Assembly: GCA_024704765.1 (NCBI GenBank)
Contig: JAKMXF010000352.1
Span: 62,001 to 126,000, forward strand
Length of the DNA stretch: 64,000 bases
DNA from: Oopsacas minuta
Lineage: Eukaryota; Animalia; Porifera
Direction: 5' to 3'
Every line of letters starts with the position of its first letter. Position 1 is the stretch's first letter. The translations under genes and the position numbers were made by a program. Shown here piece by piece: positions 48,767-61,681 of this stretch. A model generated the notes under the pieces. It was not told where the DNA came from. It saw only the letters and a list, made by a program, of their open reading frames with translations, and ran no database searches.

Positions 48767-51440
48767 CACAGTGGGTTACTAGGATGCATTCGGCAAAATT
48801 GCTTAAAATTGATTAGTCTAATTAAGTCGTGAAATATTATATAAATTCATTGAATAAACAAAATTTAAAGTTCCATATCATTTTGTTAATTCTCTAGCTA
48901 TGTCACATCCAATGTATATAATAATTGCAGTTGGAAATTATTCCATAAATAAGCTAATAAAAGGACATTAGTTATAGTCCCAAATTTTACAAAATATAAT
49001 AATTGCTCTTATCAATTTAATGTATCAAAGCAAAAGGAACACATGGAAATGATAGCCACCACTCATTTTTCGTTATTATGAATATCAGATTAGAAATTTC
49101 GTTACAAATTAGGGTGACAGAATATATGTGAAGAAATTTATGGCCTTTATAGTAACCGCAAAATCAATTACTACCGATTACCAATCAAAAAGATTGAGAT
49201 ATGGTCTTTGCAACCCATGTAATCATCATATTGAAGTTTAAAATGTCGCTTCATTGCAACCACAAAAATTCCTTAAATTCCATTAATGCATTTGCGTTAC
49301 CATGGTTAAAAACACATATTAATGAAGTCACTACATTCTTATAAATGGCTGAAGTCTCATATAATACCAACAAAATACTTACATACCGGGTGGTTTAAAA
49401 GGTTGGAAACACTATATGCATTCCCCCTTCATTCTCTAAATATTTCGATGAACATCTATGTAACATATTTAATGTGTACTCTAAACCTAATTCTAAATAT
49501 ATGCTAAGTTTTTGCATCAACATTCCATAGGAAGTGGTGTTTAGAGCATCTGCTCGAGGTGCACACCATTTACCTGCTGACATTTGTGCAGTCTCAGGAC
49601 AAAATTCGGTTAACATTCTGGAGAACATCCCTTTTTATGGCTGTTCGACGCATGGGAGTAGCTCCACCATGCTGCAAGTATTGCCTAGTCCTTCTTGTGC
49701 CACATGTAGCATCTAACTCCTCCCAAAACCTTCTCCAAGATCACTATATATCGCTCAGAGTTCACCGTTACAGTTATCCTATAATCATTTTCAAAAAAGA
49801 ACGGTCCAATAATTTTCTTTCCTGATAATGCTGCCCAAACAGTCACTTTGGGGGAGTGAAGTGGCTTCTGTGTAACCTGAATAGGTGCTTTTGTGCCCCA
49901 ATAAATGTTGTTCTTCGAATTAACTTGACTATCAAGGTAGAAGTGAGCTTCATCACTTGTCCACAGGTCTGACAAGAATCCCTGGCAGTCCTCAACCTAG
50001 CAATTTAAAACATTGACCATATCTAGTCTCCTGGTCATGTCAGCTGCTATAAGCTTATGGCATATCTGTATTCTGTAAGGAAACATGCCTAGATCTTGTT
50101 TCAGCACTCTGAACATTGTGGTTTTCGAGATTATACAACATTTCCAAAACTTTGTGAACGCTTTGGGATGAACGTTTAGGAGATTGCTCTACTGACTTTC
50201 GGAATATGCCACAACCTCCGGTGTGCGAATTATAGGCCTCCCACACGGGTATGGCGCCCGTCATGCTGCTTGTACAGGTCCTTGATAGTCCCTTCACTCC
50301 TAAACTTCCGAACCCACTTGAAAATAGCCGATCTGGAGGATGGGTTATCAGTTCCGAACTGTTGTCGATAGGTTTCATGAATTATTAAGAAACTGGTATT
50401 CTTCAAATACAGCTCTACGCAAAATGCTCGCTGCTGGCATATCCACAGCCTGGAAGTTGCTCTCCCAAGAGTACAGTTTGACATATCTAGAATATCAAAG
50501 GACCACAATATATGACGAGGGATGGAAAGCTCAAAAGGTAAAGTGTTTCCAACCTTTTGAACCAGTCGGTACCTAAATAAATAATATACTAGACATAGAA
50601 TCTCATTATTTTGTAATTGCTGATCAATTATTCTATCTGTAAAACCGACTTGACTTGGCTTTGACATTGGAAAACAATGACTTTCATATCAATCTAACAG
50701 CCAAGAAATAATACCAGTTCTCAATCTCGAAGAAGATTTGAAACAATCTGAATACTCCATGGTCTATAAAATTTCTAAGAGCATAAAGAAAAGCAAAGAG
50801 TCAGTAGATAAACTAGATGGCGAGTGGTGGGTTGTTAATATTCCAAGGAGTATGATGGAGCTTCTGGTTGCCAGTAAGCAAAGTCGAATAATGGAATGTG
50901 CAACCTCTAAATCAAGCACCACACATTTATCCGTTAAATTTCCAAATAAATACAGGAGAGATTTCTGGAAACAATTCTCCTAATAAACTCATTTCCAACC
51001 TGAATATTTCACATCAAACAAACTTCATGCTGTCACGACTTAAGGTTTCGGATCGATTTGGGAACATTCGTATACAAATTCAGCCTTCTCTAATTACCCA
51101 GTTGAATTAATTTGTCAAAAAGAGAGTATAAACTCAGTAAAAGAATAGTATATCTTAATCAACCCTGAAATCGGTCCCATTCACTAAAATGGTTTTGATC
51201 TCACATATGGTTATTCAATATCTCGATAATAGCCTCAATGTTCGATGGAAATAATTGTCAGTGATGACAGGAAAGAGTGGTGCTCGATGTACTGCTTGCA
51301 AATCAGACCGTAGCGATATTCACAACATAGTAGAGTAGTATGCGGTTTTCCATTGAATTGCCCAATTGCTAACAGAAAGAAACAGTTAGTGAATTAACTT
51401 CAGAGGGAAAAGAACTTTTGATTTATAAATCTGCTAGATG
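48767..51440 (+). mobile_element. RAG1-like/Transib element (copy Z), internally deleted, interrupted by a rosa-like element, 3' end not found
   Basis: 5' end CACAGTGGGTTACTAGGATGCATTCGGCAAAATT matches copy Y's CACAGTGGGCTACTAGGGTACATTAGGCCCAAATT. Coding relics at 50616-51440: KSKESVDKLDGEWW, ICQKES..NPEI, ASMFDG..GKSGARCTAC and ETVSELTSEGKELL. Confidence 0.82.
49386..50569 (-). mobile_element. dead Tc1/mariner-superfamily element (rosa/DD41D-like), 1184 bp
   Basis: TIRs CCGGGTGGTTTAAAAGGTTGGAAACACT / AGTGTTTCCAACCTTTTGAACCAGTCGG with TA on both flanks. QRAFCVELY HTH, WTSDEAHFYL, PLHSPKVTVW, IIGPFFFE and TVNSERY. The subfamily label is inferred. Confidence 0.88.
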
Positions 51441-51569
51441 AAAATTTGAATTCGCTATTTACCAAAATTCATGTGTGCATTCGATACTACACTATTTCAA
51501 AACTAGAAATATGCTACTAACAGTTACTAAATGAACTTATAACATAACAAAGACTTGTCAAAATAATTG

Positions 51570-52761
51570 TGGATGGGGCATAAGTTCTGCCACAATATTA
51601 TTAGGTTACCACAAATATTTCTTACAACATTCAAGTCATACTAGTCCCTTAGATACATCGTATTATAGGTTTAAGGTGTTATAACAAAATATAATCTCTT
51701 CTGAGTCTGTAATCTTAACAATATTGTAATGGGCCAGGATCGAGGGAGAATTATTCTATTATTTGAGGAAGGGAAAGACCATCAGAAGTATTCAAAATAC
51801 TAAAATTTCCCAATAGTAGAAGGAAGTTGATATATGGCACTATTAAGCGATATAGAGATACTCAAGGGATAAATGACAAACGCAGGTTTGGTCGTCCACG
51901 CTCTGTTGCCACTCAAAGGCTAAAAAGGAATTGAGAGAACGGATAGGCAAGAATCCCCACAGTTCAATGAAAAAATGGCCTCTGAACTTAAGATCTCACA
52001 TAGATCTATCGGACGAATTGTCAAAAGAGACTTAGAGATGCGTTCTTTCAAGCGAAAGAGAGTGCACCATCTGTCGGCCTTAGTAAAGGGAAAAGAGTCA
52101 CGATGAGCAAGGGATTGCTAAACCGACACGCAATCCATGGACTTGAATGTTTTGTATTTACTGATGAGAAAATATTTTCCATAGAGGAATAAATAACCCG
52201 CAAAATGATCGTATCATCTCATTCTCACTTGAAAATATTCCAGAAGAACTTCGATAAGTTGGTTGGTTACATTTTAAAGTCAGTTGTAAAAGAACTGACT
52301 CGTACAATGTTTTCTGGAAATCAATTGTATTCTAAGAGGACGTGCTCCAGTTCATACTCTTAATGCTACAGAAGCATGGCTTTGGATAAATAATCTCAAT
52401 AAGATTCGGAAAGAGGAATGGCCACACTACATTCCTGACTTGAACCCAATGGACTTATCCATCAGGTCAATCTTAGAACAAATGCCTATTCCAAGTCTCA
52501 CACCAATGTAAGAATCATTGAATAGGGCATTGTATCGAGAATGGGAGAGGGTACCTCAAGAAACCCTATGTGCCACTGTTGATACTTCTCCAAAGAGGCT
52601 TTATGCTGTTATTAAAGTAAAAGTTGACTATATTGAAATATAAATGTCTATTATTGATAATGAATGTATTTGCTATTCACTTAAAAAGTATCAGGATGAT
52701 ACTATGCTTATTAGAAATCATATCGAAATTAAACCTTGTGGCAGAACTTATGCCCACTCTG
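51570..52761 (+). mobile_element. dead maT (DD37D-type) element
   Basis: 20-bp IR GGGCATAAGTTCTGCCACAA (51576-51595) / TTGTGGCAGAACTTATGCCC (52736-52755), with ACTCTG|TA at the right end. FGRPRSVAT, RKNPHSS, FTDEKIF and EEWPH..PDLNPMD across many frameshifts. Confidence 0.85.
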
Positions 52762-54289
52762 TATTATTGAATACATTCAAATGTTAGAAATATCGAATTT
52801 CTAGAGGTCTAGAAGAAATGTTCAATAATATTTGGAAAAAATTAGCTAACACTACAGTGAGAATTTCGCAAAAACCAGAGCTAATGAAGAGAATCTGAAA
52901 ATTTATTATACTCAGTGCGAAGTAATTTACCCGTTTCATTCCTAAATATGAAACTGCATATTGTCCTAGTACTTGTGGTGACTAAGCTAAGGTTTATACT
53001 CCGCAATGTATGTTTCGAAATAGAGAATTTGAGGCTATCAACATTTTCTGACTGAACAATTTGGAGATCTGGTAAAATCTTGATGACACAGTAACTCGAG
53101 AAAGAGTTAGCACTTTATCGAAATAAAAGGTGTGGCGATCAACCTTTCTTTGAGGTTGTTGGGAGTTCAATCAAATAATCATACTTAAAGTTGAAAGGCA
53201 CTTCGTATTGTTTCGTATTGTTTCGTAATCCTCAGATTGCTTCCTAAATCGTCGAACATATCGAAGTACAAAATGGGAATACAACGACTGATGAAATTTG
53301 AACGATGAGGAAAAGTTTATTAACAGACCGAATTCAAATTCTCGAGCTTTTCCAAGTATCCACTCATATTTACTCTTTTAACCACTCTATCGTCTGGACG
53401 AAACCACTTGCAAACTTTTGCAATTACCTACGTGCAAATAATGATTTCTTGGCTTAAGACAAATAACTAATTTGATGTCGAGCTCTGCAAATATACTAAA
53501 ATCGCAGTCTTCACTTAGAAAATGGGTAAAGTTGATAAAGAGCATTGATGAATATACATTGATATACATTTCATTAAAAATGTTCGTAATTTGAACAAGT
53601 TTATTGAAAATAGTACTAAACATAATAAAATATCTATCAGCAAAAGTCGAAATTATATGGGATATTACAATTTATTTCAGATTCCTATCTACACATAATA
53701 AATGTTCCCCGAGAACACTTAAACTCTATAGGCTACCTCTTAGGGTGTATATTGAATTCTTTGCCAACTTGATCCACTTGTTCTCATAATATTCCATGTG
53801 GCAATTGCAAAAAAGTGATGCATAGTTAAACTTGATGATAATTTTGGAACAATTCAAAATGTAATAGAGTTGAAAACTTCTTCAATAGTTAATTTGGATG
53901 TGTAGAATACAATTCTATATCGAAATTGAGCTATCCCATATAATGTGAATACATTACGATATATTATAAGATCTGGTATGATACTATTATAAATGGGATA
54001 TTATGGGTGCAGGCTTAATTCTGGTAGTAGAGTGTATATCGAATAGGTATTTCTAATTCAAAGAAACACTAATACACATTGTGGCTAACTCAGAAGAATA
54101 AGAAAGTCAAAATTTTCGTGGACCCATAGCGTGATATAAGTTTAGATAATCAGCCAATAAATAAGTTTGAAATTTTATCATAGATATCCAGCAAGAACGC
54201 AAAATCTTGAATTCATGATTTTTACTAATATGTCACCACACCATCAATTTATTCCGGCATCATGAGAGAATAAAAATATAAATTTCAAT

Positions 54290-54580
54290 AATTTCAAAGA
54301 GCATATACGTCATCCAGTTTGAGTCTAAATGAATTTTGGTTTGTCGATATTCGTAATTCGTGAATGATATTCCTATGGAAAATTCTCCGCGCCTAGAGAG
54401 ACATGAATATCTCAGGATTGCGATGTCTTTCGATTCACAAAATCTCTTAACCCTGTCGAGTGACTCGATGTTCGAAGCATCTAGCCTAGCTAGGTCTAGT
54501 GATGCACAGATCGATCGTCTAAATGAACTTTAAATAGGATTTACTTGGGCGACTTTCGTGATCTATCTATTTTAGTCGTG
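54290..54580 (+). repeat. interspersed repeat, inverted partner of 56395-56715
   Basis: For example GAGTGACTCGATGTTCGAAGCATCTAGCCTAGCTAGGTCTAGTGATGCAC versus the reverse complement AAGTGACTCCATGTTCGACGCCACTAGCCTAGCTAACTCTAGTTATGCAC. Confidence 0.7.
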
Positions 54581-56394
54581 TTTAGGAAATACTATACATA
54601 ATATTATCTGTTCTTATTCCTATGTGCAAGATAGCTAACTATACATAGGGTTTAACAGTAACTTGTGGATCCTGGAATACTGACAAGTGAGCTGATAGAA
54701 CTAAATTAAATTCCCCATGTAGAAGAGGGGCATTTTTACTCAAATAAATGTATTCCAAATTTGAGGAGTATTAATTAAACCATTTTACGCCACAATTCAA
54801 AAGTAGGTCAATTGTGCCATTTTTTGATGCCTTGAGAAACGGAAATTATCGTATTTCATTTCAAATTGAACATATGAAATGATCTACAAATAGGTGTATG
54901 AAAATATCAAAATGTTGATGTCCAGAATTGGTTGAAGCAAATGGAAGACCCCGGGGACTGATTTGGGTATACAGCGGTGTCTCTGGCCTGGATTGGCTAA
55001 GTTTGAGTCTTGGACGAAAACACATATTTATGAAGAAATCATGCCATAATTGTAACTGTTTAAAATTGTAAAATACATTACTTGCCGTATTCAGCAAAGA
55101 TATATGATAGAAGCTTTAGAATCACTGGGACCAATCAATAAGCAAAATGTGCTGACGTCGTAATTTTGATCAAATAAAATTCATCATAGAATAAATACAT
55201 CGATAAAGACTGTACAAAAATATAAATTTCCCCAATTTCTATATTTTAAGGATATCATAATGCTAGATACATGAAATACCAAGATTACAAAGCAAATTCC
55301 GTGAAGCAGCTATAGTATTACCATAAAAGGCAATTAAATGGAATTGCGATGGACCATGGATAATAGAAAATAAAACTTACACAACTAATTCACCTCAGGC
55401 ACGTGGTAACGAGTTCATGCGATCGGATAGAGATCAAAAGAATCAGAAATAGCTGTGTTATACTTAAACTAATCTAGGGTACAATGCTGTCGAGAACGAC
55501 CTAGCAAGCGAAGTGAGCCAAGTATTGTTCAATCAGGACAGCCAATAAATACCCTATTCCCCATACCTTGATTATACACGTTGAAATGATAATTCATACC
55601 AATGTTACGTCGTCGTGAATATATCCATTAATGGTCATAATTATTATTACAAAATAATATTCAGAAATATCATATGAAAATACATAACCAGTGAATGGGA
55701 AGATGGCATTGCGTATTTAGATAAAATTGATATTGCTGATTAAATACGAGTTTCAAAGATAATCGAATTATAAGTGGATATTCACACAAAATGTCATCCC
55801 TGATATTTACTGAAAATCAAGGAAATGCTAACTATTGTCTTATAAATTTTTATAGTATTGGTATAAGTATCTAAAGATCATTCATCAATTCACTTTGAAA
55901 TGAAAAATGCGAAATTAACAACTATACAAGGCATCAAAGAATGACATATTTTAACAAAAATTGCTAACTAGACACATATTTTGGCACATTTTGAAGGATT
56001 TTAGCATAAAATTGTTGATAATTTCGTGCTCCCGTATTATGAAAAAAATTACCTCAGAAAAATTGCACCGTTTCTACAATTTAGAAAGCCCACAGTATTT
56101 TTAGTATCGACTAACGTATTCCTAGTCCAGAATCCATAAGTTACCGTTAGGCTTTATGTATAGTAGGCTCCGCATGTAAATATAATTTGATTCATTTATC
56201 ATATTGTGTAGATCTCGGTAACTGGACAAAATCTTTATGCAGAATGTCGAGAAGATAGGATGCAGGTAAAATATACCATTCTAAATTACAATACCGAGAA
56301 TAACTTCATACGAGAAATGAATCAATATACACCTGGATATCATCAACAAAATAGACGATGATATCATTCATGTATTCATGTGTAGTAAGTCAAA

Positions 56395-56840
56395 GTAGGA
56401 ATAAAATAGATAGAACAAGGAGGTCGACCAAGAAGAATCATATTTAAAATTAGATTATAGGGTCGATGGTGCATAACTAGAGTTAGCTAGGCTAGTGGCG
56501 TCGAACATGGAGTCACTTAAGAGGTTTAGGAAATTTCGTGAAAAGAGTGTTACCACATTTTGAAACAATCATGCGTTGCTAGGAAAAAATAGACAAATTC
56601 GAGTGACCACTCAAACCAAGTGAAACTTTTCATTAATCACGAATATCGACACCAAAGTTCATTTGGATTTAAACTAGATGATAATCAATGCACTAAGTAC
56701 ATTCATGCAAATCGTTCCCACAATCTTCAAATTCGATGGTCACAGCGCAGACTATACCTCGTAGTGAATTGAAAACAATGTAGCTTGTTTCGCTTGCTAG
56801 GACGTCGCACGATAGCATAGTGCTTCAGGTTAGATTAAGT
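56395..56840 (-). repeat. interspersed repeat, inverted relative to 54290-54580 and 55460-55540
   Basis: The reverse complement aligns to 54290-54580. 56770-56840 also aligns to 55460-55530 (CCTAGCAAGCGAA core). Confidence 0.65.
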
Positions 56841-58066
56841 ATTAAAAAGATAAAGTCTTCCTGCAATTGGCAGCTAGGCTATGCGATTACCTCGAAATTT
56901 CGTCCCTAGGGTTTACAAGATAGCGGAGATTTGATTAGCCGTGGCCCTTCCAAAGTACATTGAATGGCCTTCTGTGGTGACACTGGAGATGCTATGTCGC
57001 TTTTGGTTAGCACTCTCGGCGCTTTATGACTCGATTATTAAAAAATTCCTGAATATTTGGAAAAACATATATATTTAGTAGTAATGATGAATTCATAATC
57101 ATATTATGATTTTGCATTATTCAAAGTTATGACGTCAAGACATTCGTCATTTTGTGGGGTACCTGTGATTCAAAATTCAAAGATCATGTATATTGGCAGT
57201 GCTCTAAGCAGTGGTTAATGATCTGAGTTTTCGAAAATCCAAAAAGCGGCAATGATGTCATAATTTCGTCATAGGTATGAATTTTTGGCCAAGACTCGAA
57301 CTAGTCCTCAGCAGGCGCAAAATACAGCTGCATAACAGGAATCGGTCTTGGGGGTCCACAAGTTAATTCAACAATTCTTGACATACAAACATACATACGT
57401 ATATATATTGTATATATACATAGAGTAATTGCGTTATAATTGCATAGATTAGGTTAGAATAATCGAATCCAAGTACCGGATACTGAACCATAAGGTTGCA
57501 ACCTTGAATAATCTAAGTCTAGAATTTGGGTAAACAAGAAGTTATAATCTTAATTTTAAGTGTTTGACAAATGCACTAATTTGGAACATTGGACAGAGGT
57601 TTTAAGGGGAATTTTTAGGCGGGGGGGAAACATTTTCAGCGGACAATTTTCCTCCCCTTTCAAATCATCTAAAAAAAAACCTGATGGATGCAAGAACTTT
57701 GTTAACATTAACTCGATATGCTAAAATTTCATGGCAATATCCACTTTCAAACATGGAGGGGTAAACTCAAAATAACATAACCTCATATCAATTTTGATTA
57801 GATATCCTATACAATTCTTAAGAATTCAGCAACAATACAAAATAAGTGATTTTTAAGATTGCTTCATAATCCTTGGAAACGTGATATCAAAATGTGTTAT
57901 CTGGGAATGGGTTGTTGGGTATGTACCACAAGTTTCCAAGTGGATTTACCTAAAACAATAAACTGAGTAATTAGTGCATATGATATCCATGGTAACCGTT
58001 ATAATTTAGGAACGTGATACAATGATAATGAGAAAATTGTGATATTTTGTACGGAAGATTCGTAAG

Positions 58067-58212
58067 CAGAGGCGTAGTTAGCATTTCCCCTTTGGGGTTG
58101 CCACAAAAGATGCTAGCAACCCCAATTATACAGAAATGGTGCAAATCCTCAGTATTCCAAGAGTTGCAACTGTGATTGGTAGCAACCCCTAGCAATCCCA
58201 TAGCTACCCCTG
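58067..58212. mobile_element. small degenerate MITE-like element
   Basis: Ends CAGAGGCGTAGTTA / TAGCTACCCCTG with internal GCAACCCC repeats; no TSD recovered. Confidence 0.35.
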
Positions 58213-60403
58213 TCTTCCCAAGATATTATTAATACTTATCTAGAAATAATGTAAAGCAAATTGTATGAAGGATTTGTAAAAAATTTCAAAATTGGGTCAG
58301 ATTTCTGACATACTTGCTATGTAAGCAATCCGATTATGTCATGGCAGTCTGAAATACTTTGGATATAAATATTGAAAATATTTATAAGTACGAAATCCAC
58401 ACTATTTCACATTTTTAAAAGGAAAGTTTGTGTATTATTTCCAATTTCTCTAAACTTTTCCTTCATCATTTCTTTCATAATTGTCAATCAACAACGTCAA
58501 GATTTGCTATTAAATCTACCTTTTATACTATATATTCCAAATATCACCTTTAGGCACCTCCTTGTTAGCCTACTGTATAATAATGCGTAGAGGAAGAAAG
58601 GTTATTATAACGTCAGAAGTGTGGAAACACCATCAACTCAAATGTGTGTAAACTGCATCAGCTCAGTCATATATTCAGATGAGCGATTTTAATGAGATGC
58701 TTACAACTGCCCTGATCTGGATATATCTTGGTTTGGATATAGATTAGGTTTTCTCTTTTGTAGCATACTATCTAAGGCAGAGGTGGGCATAAAGTTAGAA
58801 TTCGGGCCGCGGTGAAATCTGGAGCCGACTTGGAGGCCACAATACTTGAGGAGGTCTTCTATTACCATGATTATATAAAATTGAGTCATCCCTATTTTCG
58901 TTTCTTACTCATCTTGGGTACCCAAAGCTATTTGGTTACAGAGTTTGGGATAATTACAATATAATCTACAGCGTAATTGTAGCACCTTGAAAAGTAAAGC
59001 CAAATGTGTCTATTTAAACTTGACAAAATGCCAGAACACGAGAAGTTCGAAACCAACAACATTACCAATCATTATTGTAATAATTTAAAGAAACAATTAT
59101 ATACAAATGCACAAGTCTATAGAATTAAGGTGTTGAATAATAATTCAAGTGGAATTGCAATTATACATTTAAGTGAATTAGAAAGCTGTGTTAGGAAGGT
59201 AGGGTAAATATGGAAGAAAAAATCTTGTCATCTCAAGGCAATGAAGGCTAAAAGTGTCAGAAAAATTATATCGTCCGCATTCATGCCCTTTTCAAACGAA
59301 TCCCGAGGGCCGCATAGCGGGTCTCACTTTGACAAAATGTGGTCTAAGAGGTATCTTTTAGCGTGTGCTCATGTGGTTATAAAGTATATTATTTTGGAGA
59401 TTTTGGTACCAATCTACTCACAAAAATATAATCTAAGTTAGGGTACCTAGAGTGTCTGAACCCCATGTTTAGTTGCGGAGAATCGGTGTATATTACGACT
59501 TGTTTAGTTTTCTCTGAATATGAAAGTGTACACAAGACCCTCCAACGCAAAGATTTCTAACTCCGAGATCCTCTTCCAGAATGTGATAGATATTTCAAAT
59601 ATCTTACAAGAAAAGGTTCGGCCCAGAAATTCCTAGATAAACCCTGTGTCAATAGTATTATAAAATTAATACGTATTATACGTTCTACACGTATTATACA
59701 ACTTGGGGTATATAGTACCCAAACATTCTCATAGCCGCTGTAAACCTTTGCCAGATGCTTGAATCATAGTATACACCTACTATTAGACTCTATAGTAACC
59801 TATGTTCAAAACGTAGAAAAACTCAAGCAAGGCAACAATTTCAAATTAGGTTAGGAAGAGAATGTCAAAGCTAGTTAAATATATTCCTAAAGGTGATCAT
59901 TATATGACTAACATTGGTTCAGCAATCTAAATCATACTTGCTTTGAAAGATTGATGCAATCAGTAATTGCCAATTAAACATCGAAAAAGCCAGGCGCAAG
60001 CATAAAGAATTCCCAAGGTAAAACAATAATGTGGTATATAGGGAAATATTAATTATGAACAAACTATATAATGCATATAAGAGAAAGTTGAGGCAGGTAA
60101 ATTGGGAAAAGACCAACCGTTGAAACCACTTCTTGTAATAGTGTTAAAACAAAAGAAAATTTACTGCATATGACGTAAACCTTTCAGTTTCAGTAAATAG
60201 GTCAAGAAAATGATCATACAGTATAGTCTCGTTAATACGAACACGGTTAAGGAGTACATCCGAATAATGAGTACAAATTTTGGCAATCCTCTGGTGTATG
60301 TATTAACGAGAGTCTATGTATTTCACTGGATAGTATTGAATGTACTGACAGAGGGTGAATCCAATGGAAATAAATCAAATATGTCGAATAATGATAAACA
60401 TAC

Positions 60404-60764
60404 CTTCCCTGCCAGGAGTTAAAAGATCATACACTGTAACTTTTGTAGCTCCAGATTTTGATGAATCGAGGGGCGAGGTATCTTGAAGAACTGGAGGTTG
60501 AGAAATTGGCAGTCTATTTTGGATAGGATCCACACGATTAGAGATATGAGGTGCGAAATTGGCATATATTTGGGTGTATGAAAGTTGTTGCTCAGATTCA
60601 GAATCAGGGATAATAAATAGCCAACTGAAGCAAATAAAGGAGAATAAGAAGAGAAATGTGAATAAGATACGTTTATCCTTAGAGGTTCGTCCAAGGAATA
60701 TGAATCTTGAGGAAGGCAGTTTAGAGTGAAATAAAGGAAGTATCCCTCTTCCAGACTGAGACAT
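60404..60764 (-). CDS. MAN1A: Golgi alpha-1,2-mannosidase, exon 1 (cytoplasmic tail, type II signal anchor, stem)
   Basis: MSQSGRGILPLF..., basic KDKR then hydrophobic ILFTFLFLFSFICFSWLFIIPDS, resembling the LCFGAFFFLPDS anchor of MAN1A proteins. Ends GAAG|GTATGT; 361 nt, phase 1. Confidence 0.9.
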
Positions 60765-61681
60765 TCTAATGTCAATAAATAATGCATATACAACAAATAA
60801 TTATTGGAAACCAACAGGGTGTAGAATCTCTTAGATCGAGGAACCCCTAAACATCTAGAAAATCACTGTAATAGGAAACTAAATAATAGGCCCTTTAGAA
60901 CAGCAGTCAAATTACCAAACTGTTTCAGACATAATTTGGCATGAAGTTCTCCTAAATTATACATGGACAAGTATCTGAAATCGTTTTATGCCAGTGATTT
61001 CATGTACTGATGGTTTTGGCTGATTAGGATAATATTTGTTAGCACGGGTTTATCATAAATATTCCTGGACTATTCAGAAAATAATCTCCAAATTGAGACA
61101 TTAAATTGGGTTTCTCAAAGGTCTACTAAATATATTAAAAAAGATTCCGAAAAGTACCCAATACAGGTGAAACTTCAGGGTCTCCCTGAAAAATATAGTA
61201 TTCGGGAGCAGGGCCACAGAGAGAAATTATTGGCCCGGGCCAAGGAAATCGTGATTTCGGTAAAGAAAAAAGGACACTACGAAATTTAAAGGTTGGGAAA
61301 AGAATTTTAGTGAGATTTTGAAACTGTTTGAAAAAATACTTCAATCACAAAACCTTTTGCAAGCGATGATTTTTATATTTGGTGTCATATCTAAATTATA
61401 TGTCAACTCTATAGTTCGGATTTCAGCAGTTTTTAAATTGAAAGCTTTCATTATAATGAGATATTCTTCTTATTCAAGAATGTATATACGGTAATAGGAC
61501 GTGGCTTTAATCATTAGTTTCGACAAGAGATAAATAATAACCAATATTACACAAATTCAAGCACAATATAAACTATTTCTGGTCAACACCAAATTTTATT
61601 ACAAATACACAATACTTCAGCCAACATAAAGTTCAAAAGATAATTAACCTCACCAATTACGCAAACATATTTCAATTAATA

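Larger units (their letters stand above)
45644..60403 (-). other. intron 1 of the mannosidase gene (14,760 bp, transposon-filled)
   Basis: GTATGT donor at 60403 and TTCTAG acceptor at 45644; phase 1. Confidence 0.88.
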
